From Nitrospirota bacterium (lineage in GTDB: Bacteria > Nitrospirota > JACRHJ01): a stretch of 64,000 bases of DNA. Both the position numbers and the translations under genes were made by a program. Below, piece after piece: positions 44,552-54,289 of the stretch; the first letter of the stretch is position 1, and each line of letters begins with the position of its first letter. Below the pieces are notes generated by a model. The model did no database searches. It saw only the letters and a list, made by a program, of their open reading frames with translations, and was not told where the DNA came from. The stretch is taken from assembly GCA_963733375.1 (NCBI GenBank), contig CAVTDB010000003.1:96001-160000 (forward strand), given 5' to 3'.

Positions 44552-45135
44552 AATTGTTCCCCCTTCCAGGTATTGTAAGTTTTATGGGGATATCCGGAAA
44601 GCCGCCTTTATTTTGAGCCAGTCTTCTTAAGCAACCAAGCCATGTTCTGCCCCAGCACCTCCATCGTCCTGATCCCCTCTTCGTCCTTTTCCACTTCTCC
44701 TTTTTCGCGGCCTATCTTCGAGAGTCTGCTTACTAAAAGAATTTGGAACTCAAGTTGGTTTCCTCGCGCTTCATTGTTGATCGACGTGCAATTTTGACCC
44801 ACCTTCTAAGGTCACAACTGGTTGTTATTAATATTATAATTGAAATTAAGCCTGGGTCAAACAGGATGCCTATGGTGGATCAAAATTGCACGCCGATCAA
44901 CATAGAAAGTAATCGAATTGTTATCGAACCTCTGATAGACCATCAACCCACCGCATTTCGGACATTTCATAATTGTTCCCCCTTCCAGGTATTGTAAGTT
45001 TTATGGGGATATCCGGAAAGCCGCCTTTATTTTGAGCCAGTCTTCTTAAGCAACCAAGCCATGTTCTGCCCCAGCACCTCCATCGTCCTGATCCCCTCTT
45101 CGTCCTTTTCCACTTCTCCCTTTTCGCGGCCTATC
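44484..45135. repeat. 233-bp direct duplication (44484-44716 and 44903-45135)
   Basis: Near-identical copies offset by 419 bp; two mismatches seen. Confidence 0.92.
44775..44902 (+). mobile_element. IS21-like MITE, copy 4 (128-bp deleted variant)
   Basis: TGTTGATCGACGTGC...GCACGCCGATCAACA; core matches copy 6. Confidence 0.85.
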
Positions 45136-45605
45136 CCTATGTTCCAGTAAATAGACCCAGGGACTATCATTTGAGTTACCATAAAAAAATGATTTATAGA
45201 GTCGAATACGTTTATTGCCCCGCCTCGGCGAACCGCGACGACGGCAGCACCTACTTTCCTCTTGAACATATCGTCATTGGCCATGGAGGTCATTCCGGCC
45301 CTCTCAATGAGAGCCTTTAGCCCCGCGCTGATATCGGCAAAATAGGTGGGTGAGCCCAAGATTATTCCGTCAGCATCTAGCATCTTGTCTATACACTCAT
45401 TGACTACATCATCCTTAACGGCACAATGACGGTCTTTGTTCTTAAAGCATTTGTAGCAGGCAATGCAACCCTGGATTTTCTTGCCCGAGAGCTGAACCAT
45501 CGTTGTTTTTATGCCTTCCTTCTTCAGTTCATCAAAAACCCGGTTAATCAGTATCGCTGTATTACCATTTTTGCGGGCACTCCCATTGAAGGCAATGACT
45601 TTCAT
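45027..45605 (-). CDS. Iron-sulfur flavoprotein / flavodoxin-family FMN reductase
   Basis: MKVIAFNGSARKNGNT; CIACYKC..C; GSPTYF. Confidence 0.9.
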   Translation of the reverse strand: MKVIAFNGSARKNGNTAILINRVFDELKKEGIKTTMVQLSGKKIQGCIACYKCFKNKDRHCAVKDDVVNECIDKMLDADGIILGSPTYFADISAGLKALIERAGMTSMANDDMFKRKVGAAVVAVRRGGAINVFDSINHFFMVTQMIVPGSIYWNIGIGREKGEVEKDEEGIRTMEVLGQNMAWLLKKTGSK

Positions 45606-45673
45606 TTTGTTCCTCCTACACAGAACCATTGGGGTGAATAAAACACAAGTGCTCTATTGATGGTTGGCGCGGA

Positions 45674-45800
45674 TGACCTGCCCCCGTTTATTGTACCAGC
45701 TATAAAGATTTTACTTACCATCTTGAGGTGCTCCCCTTTTTAGGTCCATCCGGGATGAGGAAAATGCTATAAATTTGCTCATGAAGGAACAAGTTTTTCC
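45674..45800 (+). mobile_element. IS3-family end remnants
   Basis: TGACCTGCCCCCGTTTATTGTACCAG at 45674; TGAGGTGCTCCCC near 45724. Confidence 0.5.
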
Positions 45801-45846
45801 AGTGTTGGATTTTGCTCCTGTAGAGCAAACATCTCCGGCGTTAAGT

Positions 45847-46009
45847 TCTTGATCGGCATGCAATAATGACCCACTTTGGGGGGTCATCGGCGTCCAATAT
45901 TGACCCCACCTTCTGAGGTCATAACATTCTGTTATTCATAAGATAATTTAAATTACCCCTGGCTCAAGCAGAATGCCGATGGTGGGTCAAAATTGCACGC
46001 CGATCAACA
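45847..46009 (+). mobile_element. IS21-like MITE, copy 5
   Basis: TCTTGATCGGCATGC...GCACGCCGATCAACA; core matches copy 3. Confidence 0.85.
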
Positions 46010-46074
46010 GTATAACCCCGCTTCGCCATACAACACCCCCTTATTAATAATCATGTCCAGATTCTAACATTAAA

Positions 46075-46122
46075 TCTGGACCGGTTTAAAGGGGGCAGGT
46101 CATTATTGCATGCCGATCAACA
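46075..46122 (-). mobile_element. MITE end fused to an IS3-like end
   Basis: GGGGGCAGGTCA overlapping GGTCATTATTGCATGCCGATCAACA. Confidence 0.65.
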
Positions 46123-46284
46123 CTTAGCGCAAAAACGGCGCTTTCGAAGTTTAACTTTGGAGATAAAAACCCGATAAAATCCACTATGGGCACTTTTCTC
46201 TTAAATACTTCTTGCCCGATCGCTCTTAATTGGTCCATGTGTTTCGATTAACGACACAAATGCTGTTCAGAATAGTTAATTCAT

Positions 46285-46722
46285 TTATTTCTTATCGCCG
46301 GTATCCTTTGATTTTACTTCATGCTCCCGCGTATTTATCCATTTTGCATGTTCCTGCGACACAATAGCTTCAACATGCTCTGCAAACATAGCACTTGGCT
46401 CTTTTGCTGTAGCGTAATGACCGGCTTTCGCGAGATAGAGAAACTTTTCATGTTTCAGTGATTCACATGTTGTTCGATAAGAAATCCAGTTTTGGCTATA
46501 TTGGTTCAACTGTTGCAAACTTTCAAGGATAACTATGACAACGCCAAATCCACCGGTTATATAAGGTGATGCCCCAATACCTGCCAAAAAGGGAATCACG
46601 GCCGCCGCTATTATTTGTATGACCTTTAGCCGTTTATACAACCGTTGATTTTTTATACTTCGCTGATCATACCAATTGATTTGGTCTTCCAATCGTTCAA
46701 ACGTAGAGTTTTGTTCGGACAC
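46285..46722 (-). CDS. SLATT-type two-TM protein (DUF4231-like)
   Basis: RLEDQINWYD..; two TM helices; WISYRTTCESLKHEKFLY; RBS GGAGG, GTG start. Confidence 0.88.
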   Translation of the reverse strand: MSEQNSTFERLEDQINWYDQRSIKNQRLYKRLKVIQIIAAAVIPFLAGIGASPYITGGFGVVIVILESLQQLNQYSQNWISYRTTCESLKHEKFLYLAKAGHYATAKEPSAMFAEHVEAIVSQEHAKWINTREHEVKSKDTGDKK

Positions 46723-46746
46723 AGTCGATCCTCCTAAATTTTTATG

Positions 46747-47037
46747 CTATTTGCCATCAACTTCTTCAGATCTTCTAGTCCCTTTCCAACCAGTATCATC
46801 GACTGCTAAGATTGTCTTTAATTCTGTTGCGCCAACCACCGCAGCAGCAGCAGTAACAGCAAGCTGTCTAAACTTGTACCAAAGTTCAAACCAACTACAA
46901 TGAAACTTGTTCGGCCAAGACAGTTAGCATAATACTACTCACGGGAATATAATTGACAACGTCGAAATCGATCTGTGTCCCAGAAAAGCTAGTTTTCTGG
47001 CCAAAAGGCATGAGTACAAACATAATGGACGAGACAT
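46747..47037 (-). pseudogene. Remnant of an NDT-like/DUF4071 (TRAFs-binding) gene
   Basis: With one indel reads MSRPLCFVLMPFGQKTSFSGTQIDFDVV, then degenerates. Confidence 0.55.
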
Positions 47038-47100
47038 GAATAGCTTCCTAATTTAGCGGTGAATTCGGGTGGAACTTTAAACCAGCCCCCCAAATTATTT

Positions 47101-48991
47101 TTAATAATCTGCCATCATTTCGTAAATAGGTTCCCACACACTAGCTAAATGTTTTAATTCTGTATTAGAGTCGTTACGTAGTACATCTATAATATCCTCG
47201 CGCGTCAGACGTTTGTAAAGAAAAGACTCAACAGCAAGGTTTTTTCGTATTGTAGCGAAAAAATCCTGGAACTCACTTGTCATACCGATTGAAATAACGC
47301 TTAACGCCGTTAAAACTTGTTCGCTAATATCTGAAGACTCTCGGTAAGCAGTTTGAATAATAGCATAGTGTTCAGGTCTTCCTATCCGCGCTAATGCAAG
47401 GGAAGCATGGCCTCTATTTAGACTCTCATTACTAGAAATGGCATTTATTAATTCGTTCATGAAAAATGTATCTTTTCTCAATCCGATGGCGCGATAAACC
47501 CAGCATTTCTCACTAAGTGAAGAGCTAAGGAGCATACTAGCTATACTACGGAACTCGTCATTATTTTCGATATAATGCACTGAAAACGCTAAAGGTAATA
47601 AATATCTACTACGAGAAAGTGAGTTTACCGCTTTTTCACCACCAATGTTCCCTAGAGCGTAGGCCGAAGCATCAACCACATCTGGTTCTTCTTTTTCATT
47701 AAAAAGACGCTCACTAAGGAGTGGGACTGCTCGTGAAAGTCTCATTTGGCCTAATGCGCGTACTGCTAGTAGGCGAAGATAGGCCTTATCAGAATTAAGC
47801 CAACGAGAATATCAATAAATCAGAATGTCTTGCTTTACAATGTATCAGTTCGTTATTAACAGTATCTATTTTTTGATAATTAGAGAGAGCCGCTTTAAAA
47901 TTAATCGCAAAATGTAATCCCATTTCCAACTTATCAAAGGCATCTGAAATTCTATGTTTGTCACATTCGAGTACAAATATCTTTGATAGAGCCTTAAGAG
48001 CGAATATACAATATTTTCCAAAATCATATTCGCTGGTATAATATCCTATAATTGGATAGTTTTTTCCACGAAGAACATCTAGGATAGCAAAACCCCACTC
48101 GCTTGCACCTAAATATCCTAATGCCTCTATGCAGACACGACCTAAATCTGGGTCAGAAGTCTTTTGTAGTGTTTCCGCGATGTTACTTGCACAATACGGC
48201 TTATGCACAACATCTAAACAATCAGCCATGAAAATTGCTTCATACCAATTTTCGCTCGCGCTCATTATGATTTCCAATATTAATGGAGCAGCGTCCTTAG
48301 GGAATCTCTTGAGCACATTACGAACGATGATCTGATTAATCAGCCTTAAGTTTGTTTTTTTTATTTGGGCAATTATTGTGTTAATATCAATATTTTCAGA
48401 TGATATTAATGTTTCAGTAGCTGGCACACTAACTAAGGGATCGGGATTAAAAATATCATCAAACAGGGCAGCGAAATCGGATTTAGGAAATAGATTTGCA
48501 TGATTTGCTAGAGAACTAGCTGAGCGGACATCGCTAATCGCTCTGCGCAACTCTTCAAGTAAATTGTTATAAACCGCGGCTTGCTTTGCTTTACTAGCAT
48601 AGTCGCCTAATGGTTTTTCCTTGGGAAAATGTTGGGTTTGGCTCAGCCATGGCAGGTTCTTCCAGTCGCAAGCATACAGAATCACAGGGAATAAACGAAG
48701 CCCAGCTTTTCTTCGTAGTTCGAGGAAAGAGGCTACTTCCTCTTCTTGGCAATATGGTGAAACTAGAAAATCATTACTAATTAACAAAACAGCTATTTGA
48801 CTATTTTCAATGTTTTTCTTTATTTCTTCATCCCAAAGTTTACCGGTAGCGATTCTTTCATCATCCCAAAATTCTACTTCCTCTTTTACGAGAATTTTAA
48901 GATGATCAAGTAGCTGGTTCTTTTTGCGACGATCTTTGTGGCTATAGCTAATAAAAATCCTTAACATTTTAAATTGGTCCTCAATTACCAT
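47101..48991 (-). CDS. TIR domain + HEAT-repeat protein, frameshift near 47800
   Basis: IFISYSHKD, FWDDERI..G..W, LLISNDFLVSPYCQEEE; ALGYLGA, ALGNIGG, LALARIG HEAT motifs. Confidence 0.85.
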
Positions 48992-49159
48992 AGTTTAATA
49001 AATTCTATTTTTCTCCCAACTCCTCGCATGATGGGCTTGAAATCCAATCTTTACTCCCAAGCGCGTCTCCTTAGCATCAATTCATTTATCTCATTTAGCA
49101 GTATTCCATGAGAACTTAGACTGGCTTTTATTAATGCGGCCTAGCGGGCTTAAGTAAAC

Positions 49160-52100
49160 TTATATTCCCAAATTTTCATTTTGGGCCTGGCTTTCGGCCT
49201 TGTCAACATTAATCAGGCGCTTCAATGTGTCCTTCTTAGGATGCTGACGGTTCTCCTTGATCCAGCTCAAAACCATCCTCCGCAATGTTGGTCTAGAATT
49301 CTGAGCAGTCCATAAATCTAAGACTATTTCTGACCATTCGTGGTATTTTGAATTTAAAGCCAAAAAATTAATTCCCCAGCGTAAAAGATTCTCGTCATTA
49401 GAATCAACTGCCCAAACCGCACGCCAAACGGGCAAGACTGCGTCATCTTCTTTAAGATTCGAATATATCCATTCCTTCGCATGTCTCACCAGTTTCGAAT
49501 GATTTTCTACATCAAGGTCCCAAAGGGCAAGCCAAATCTTTGGCCATGAAGAACGGGTGAAGAAGCCATGTTGCATCCACCGCCGGCCGAGTTTCAATAG
49601 TTCGGAATCCGACTTTCGAGCCCGTACCATTGCGTTCCACACAAGCCCCCAGCCGGGTGAACTTGAATCCACGCCCGTGACCCATACCTTTCCTATGCGC
49701 ATCAATCCTTCGTCTGGACCGATCTCATCAAAAATATCCTTCCAGATAAACGGAAGCTGCTTTATCCACCCCGCTTTTTCAATTGCATTAATAGCAAAAC
49801 ACGCAAGTCGCGGTCGTTCAATATCGGCATCCCAAGCCTGCCTCCATAAGAAAGTCCAGTTATCATTTTCTTCAATGGGGGCTGTCTCAATCCGATTAAT
49901 CAGTGCTTCCTCTTCCGTTGGACTAGACTCCGCCAAATAGGCAAAACCCCGCTTACGCCCTGCTTCCATTATGTCATCGGGCATTTTCCCTGTGCCTGCC
50001 AACCTCGACCAAACGTCGAGCCAATTATTGTCGAAAATCATATAGAAACGGAGGTACCGTTCGGTCGTTGCCAACAGATCGGTATCCCAGCAATCCCCTT
50101 CGGACAAACGTTTCCAGAGTTGTATCCATTGCATATCCCCCGATGCAACCTTATAAGAACAAGACGCAGCGTTATCCAGCCATTCCAGTCCAAGCTGAAA
50201 TAGCTGCCTATCTCGGGGGAAATACGTGAAGAGCACAGTCCAAACGTAGCCCCAGCCAGGGCGTTGCGTAATCGAACTTGCCAGCCAGGAACGGGCTTCA
50301 TTTTCCAGATTTTGATCTCCCGGTGTTCTATTCCATAGTGTCCGCCACACATAGGGCCAATGTTTGTCTTCCAGTCTAGCCCTTTTTAGCCAAACAAACC
50401 CCTTCTGTTTTAATTGTTCGTCAAAGGGAGACGTAGCGTAAATTACTTGCCAAATTTGACTCCATCCCCTGTGCAGGATGGGAACTCGGTCAAGCCAAGT
50501 TCGTCCAATAATTATGAGTCCGTTATCGCCGGGGCTTGCTGTATGAAGTTCCATCCAGACGTAACTCCATCCACCATGAAATGGTGGCGCAACAGAGAGC
50601 CAATTTAATCCGATTCTGTCAATTCTCCCGTCGTTCTTGCAAAACTTTCTTAACTGCATCCATATGGTGTGCCAGCCTGCTTGGGATGCCGGTGCGTTTT
50701 CTATCCAATTAATTGCCTGTTCCAGCAGGACAGAATCTCCTCGCTTCTTGTTCCACAGCGTAATCCACACGGCTGCCCAACTTTTGTTCTCTAAGGCTGC
50801 GATCTTTAACCAGCTCTGACCCCGGCTTATTAATTCCTCATCCGCATCGGAACTTTCTGCAAGAGCTTTCCATATATACCCCCACGAGTCATTTTTAGCT
50901 GTTATTTCGTTAAGCAATTTGAAACCTAAATCCTTCAAACCGATGTCGGCTGGATTGCTCTTAAATAAAGGCCCCCAAATAAAATTAAAATTCACCTGCA
51001 CGATTTTTACATGCCCAAGCCACTCACGCGCCATTGTTTGTAATACCGAATTGCCAGGATCTGCTTCCCATAGCTTAGGCCAAATGTACCCCCACCCGAT
51101 GTGATCTGGTTTAGCTATTTCAAGCCATCTGCGGCCTTGTTCCGCAAGAACGCAATCGCCTACGTTCACTTCCCATAGTGAAAGCCAGATAACCCCCCAA
51201 AAATGTTCGAATTGGAGAACGTTCTGTTGCAGCCACTGGATTCCTAGCCTCTCCAGATCTGGATCCTTAGGGTCCACCTGCCAAAGATAACGCCAAATCA
51301 ATGTCCAAGCCTGATGCCCAGCAGGTACGTTGTTTATCCAATTGCGACCCATTTGTTCTAATTCGGAATTTCCTGGATGTTGTACCCACAGCGCTACCCA
51401 TAGGTAAGTCCAAGATCCATTTGTAACTGGCTGTTCCGCTAGCCATCTTCTGCCAATTGCCTCAAGGTCGCTGTCGCCTGGCTTCCACGCCCATAAAGCT
51501 GTCCAAACAAGTCCCCATGCAGGGTGCTCTCTTGGGCCGCCCTTTAGCCATCGGCGTCCGCTTGTTTCTAGTCCCTGCTCGCCGGGATTACCATTCCAGG
51601 ATTGACGCCAAGTTAAGCCCCATTTACCAAGTTCCTCACTTGTTTGTTCATCAATACCGTCATCTTCCGACATACAGTAAGTAGGCTCAACTGTTCTAAA
51701 AAGCTCATTTATCGGAATATCCGCATTAATGGAGACCAATTCAACAAGTTCATCATCTATACCCCTCCAACATTCAATAAGCGCACGGCTCAACTGCTTT
51801 CGCAAACCAGGCTCCATCTTGCTCAAACGCTCAATAAAAGCAATCATTAATGGACGTGATTCCTTGTCAAGAGATTGAAGAGCGTTTTGGGCGTCACGAC
51901 GTATCCACCTGTTTGAGTCGAGGAGAGAATTAATAACCCCCTCCAAAGCGTCCCGCCCCGGAATTTGACTAAGAGCTGTCAATGCAATACGTCTCATCCA
52001 ATGTAGGTTGCTCTTTTGAAGAAGTAATAACTGGGATACTATCATATTGCCAAGTTGAACCATTCCTGATAGGGCAGCAGGGCAGTTTTGGCTACCACCT

Positions 52101-53968
52101 TGAATGAGGCTGATAAACCGGTTTAGCAATTGTGCCAGTATTCGGCAATCGATGGAGTATTCGTTTGGCGACTGTGAAATTGCAGCTGCCGCCAGAAAAG
52201 GATCGCGCTCAACAATATCCAGAAGCATGGAAGAAGGATTTCCCAAGTTTAGTAGGGTGTATATAACTTCATCATAGGGTCTTAAAATGCGTCTTCCGTT
52301 TTCAATTAGCGGTTCTCGAATTAAGGCACCTAATTGTTCCGAATGCGTAAGGTAATACTCTGCTGCGAAATATTCAAGTAATAGAGGATGGGCGAACTTC
52401 AGAAAACGACCCTCTTTCACTAATACGATAAAATCAGCACCACGGCCAAGTCTGACAAGAGCATTACCGTCAATCCCATTTGGTAAATATCTTTCTATGT
52501 ATTTCGTTTCAACCATCTGAGACGTTCTATTATGGAGCATGGCAACTGCTAATGCTCCGAAACCATCAATAGCAGTAGATAACTGATGGTACCTCATTTC
52601 TTTACGTAATTGTTTTTGTTCCCGGTCGTATAATTCAGAAGCAAAAGATCGGATAAGTTCTCCCCGAGTTGGCGGTATTCGTTCATCTTTATTATAAATA
52701 AGACACATCACTTGCAATAAAAAAGGATTCCGGGCCATATGGACCAGGTCGCGAGGCGCAGCATCAAGTCGGCACTCCCATCCAATTTCATGAAGAAGCC
52801 CCTTGTTTCGATCGCCTAGTCGCTCTAGCACGAACTTTTCGACAGCTTTGTCATTCATAGGGAGGACATTTACTATCGGCAAACCTAGATGTCCAGTTTC
52901 CTCCCGTGAAGTTATGACTACAGAGGTTCCTGGGTGCCTGGAAAGCCATACTGCGATTGATTCAATCTGGATAGCGGCATATTCTGAATCCATTTGACTT
53001 AATCCATCAAGCAATAGCAACAACGATTCAGGAAACACAGGAGTGCCTATTTGATTAAGGGTCTCATTATGGATCAAGGTGGCAAGATCTATGACGTTAT
53101 CTGGCCATGCTTGAAGTTCAATAAAAAGCGGTATTGATGTTGTGGTACCAGCCAAATATCGATGAGCGGTGTCATTTAAAATGTGCTTTAGGACTGCTGT
53201 TTTCCCGCATCCTGGCCTGCCTACGATGACAAATTGTCGGTGGAATGCCACCGCGTTCTCTACTTGTAACAGTGAGATGGCCTTTGGAATTTGTGGCGCA
53301 ATCTGTTCCATGGTATTAACGTATGACGGCCACAAAAAGTCCGAACAGTCATCGCGGTCCTTAATCTCTGTTATGTGAGTACCTCCACTGAGATGAACAT
53401 AGTACTTTTCGAACTTATTGTTCGTGTACGTAGATTTAATTTTTTCTAAATATTTTTGAACAGGGGATTCCGGTTGCGATGGTTTTTTGACGTTTTGCCT
53501 ATCATTCTTCCACTTGAGAATGCTATCAGATATTAAGCCAAGGAGCTCATCTTTATTATTAAATGTACGAGCTCGAAGATCAAGAAGCCTCATCCTAAAA
53601 TCGTCGATCAGTACTCCACGTTCATTATCTCCAGTAGAATGATCGGTAAGACTCCGGGGCCATAAAGGATCGTCGAGCACAAACATATGCCGTTCAATTC
53701 CTTTATTCCCGGCCTCTTCATATTCCAATTCTGTGATAGATTTGGTTTCACCTTTAAAAATATGTCCGTAACGATAAGCGATAATACCTATAAATAGGTC
53801 GCACTCGCGTATATCCCCCAGGCATTTCTCAAGATGCCTCGTTTCCTCAGCACAATAATATTCCATCGCAACGTCATCGAGATTTAATCTTTTTAACTTA
53901 TCCCGCACGGCGCTACGGATATTTTTGAGGTCATCGAACGTTGCGGAAACATAAACCTTTTCAGGCAC
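49160..53968 (-). CDS. NLR-like protein: DUF4062 + NACHT NTPase + HEAT + Trp-rich repeats (1602 aa)
   Basis: KVYVSATFDDL..IGIIAYRYG..SITELEY; GRPGCGKT; LLLLDGL; VITSR; NPFLL; FAHPLLLEYFAA. Confidence 0.9.
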   Translation of the reverse strand: MPEKVYVSATFDDLKNIRSAVRDKLKRLNLDDVAMEYYCAEETRHLEKCLGDIRECDLFIGIIAYRYGHIFKGETKSITELEYEEAGNKGIERHMFVLDDPLWPRSLTDHSTGDNERGVLIDDFRMRLLDLRARTFNNKDELLGLISDSILKWKNDRQNVKKPSQPESPVQKYLEKIKSTYTNNKFEKYYVHLSGGTHITEIKDRDDCSDFLWPSYVNTMEQIAPQIPKAISLLQVENAVAFHRQFVIVGRPGCGKTAVLKHILNDTAHRYLAGTTTSIPLFIELQAWPDNVIDLATLIHNETLNQIGTPVFPESLLLLLDGLSQMDSEYAAIQIESIAVWLSRHPGTSVVITSREETGHLGLPIVNVLPMNDKAVEKFVLERLGDRNKGLLHEIGWECRLDAAPRDLVHMARNPFLLQVMCLIYNKDERIPPTRGELIRSFASELYDREQKQLRKEMRYHQLSTAIDGFGALAVAMLHNRTSQMVETKYIERYLPNGIDGNALVRLGRGADFIVLVKEGRFLKFAHPLLLEYFAAEYYLTHSEQLGALIREPLIENGRRILRPYDEVIYTLLNLGNPSSMLLDIVERDPFLAAAAISQSPNEYSIDCRILAQLLNRFISLIQGGSQNCPAALSGMVQLGNMIVSQLLLLQKSNLHWMRRIALTALSQIPGRDALEGVINSLLDSNRWIRRDAQNALQSLDKESRPLMIAFIERLSKMEPGLRKQLSRALIECWRGIDDELVELVSINADIPINELFRTVEPTYCMSEDDGIDEQTSEELGKWGLTWRQSWNGNPGEQGLETSGRRWLKGGPREHPAWGLVWTALWAWKPGDSDLEAIGRRWLAEQPVTNGSWTYLWVALWVQHPGNSELEQMGRNWINNVPAGHQAWTLIWRYLWQVDPKDPDLERLGIQWLQQNVLQFEHFWGVIWLSLWEVNVGDCVLAEQGRRWLEIAKPDHIGWGYIWPKLWEADPGNSVLQTMAREWLGHVKIVQVNFNFIWGPLFKSNPADIGLKDLGFKLLNEITAKNDSWGYIWKALAESSDADEELISRGQSWLKIAALENKSWAAVWITLWNKKRGDSVLLEQAINWIENAPASQAGWHTIWMQLRKFCKNDGRIDRIGLNWLSVAPPFHGGWSYVWMELHTASPGDNGLIIIGRTWLDRVPILHRGWSQIWQVIYATSPFDEQLKQKGFVWLKRARLEDKHWPYVWRTLWNRTPGDQNLENEARSWLASSITQRPGWGYVWTVLFTYFPRDRQLFQLGLEWLDNAASCSYKVASGDMQWIQLWKRLSEGDCWDTDLLATTERYLRFYMIFDNNWLDVWSRLAGTGKMPDDIMEAGRKRGFAYLAESSPTEEEALINRIETAPIEENDNWTFLWRQAWDADIERPRLACFAINAIEKAGWIKQLPFIWKDIFDEIGPDEGLMRIGKVWVTGVDSSSPGWGLVWNAMVRARKSDSELLKLGRRWMQHGFFTRSSWPKIWLALWDLDVENHSKLVRHAKEWIYSNLKEDDAVLPVWRAVWAVDSNDENLLRWGINFLALNSKYHEWSEIVLDLWTAQNSRPTLRRMVLSWIKENRQHPKKDTLKRLINVDKAESQAQNENLGI

Positions 53969-54064
53969 TTTGAAAAGCTCCTTTCAGGACCTTACAAGTT
54001 ATAGATTGGAGAAGACGTTCGAGTGCTCCTACTGCCTTCTCTTTTGGGTTCCATGATCGCCTTG

Positions 54065-54226
54065 TGTTGGCCGGCGTGCAATTTTGACCCACCATCGGGC
54101 ATCCTGTTTGACCCAGGCTTAATTTAAATTATAATATTAATAACGACCAGTTGTGACCTTAGAAGGTGGGGCAATGTTGGACGCCGATTACCTTCAAAGT
54201 GGGTCATTATTGCATGCCGATCAACA
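54065..54226 (-). mobile_element. IS21-like MITE, copy 6
   Basis: Reverse orientation; core CCTTCTAAGGTCACAACTGG as in copy 4. Confidence 0.85.
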
Positions 54227-54289
54227 AGCCTATGAGCGTAATAGCGAATTGGCCGTGTGCCATTTTTTTAAAGCCGCTGGCAACTATTA

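Noticed and set aside
44484-45135. DGR template/variable repeat pair
   Set aside because: Only two mismatches, no adenine-specific pattern, and no reverse transcriptase in the window.
36414-54226. Recurring ATCGGC..TGACCCAC repeats as a CRISPR array
   Set aside because: Copies are kilobases apart, in both orientations, with terminal inverted repeats; no regular spacers or cas genes.
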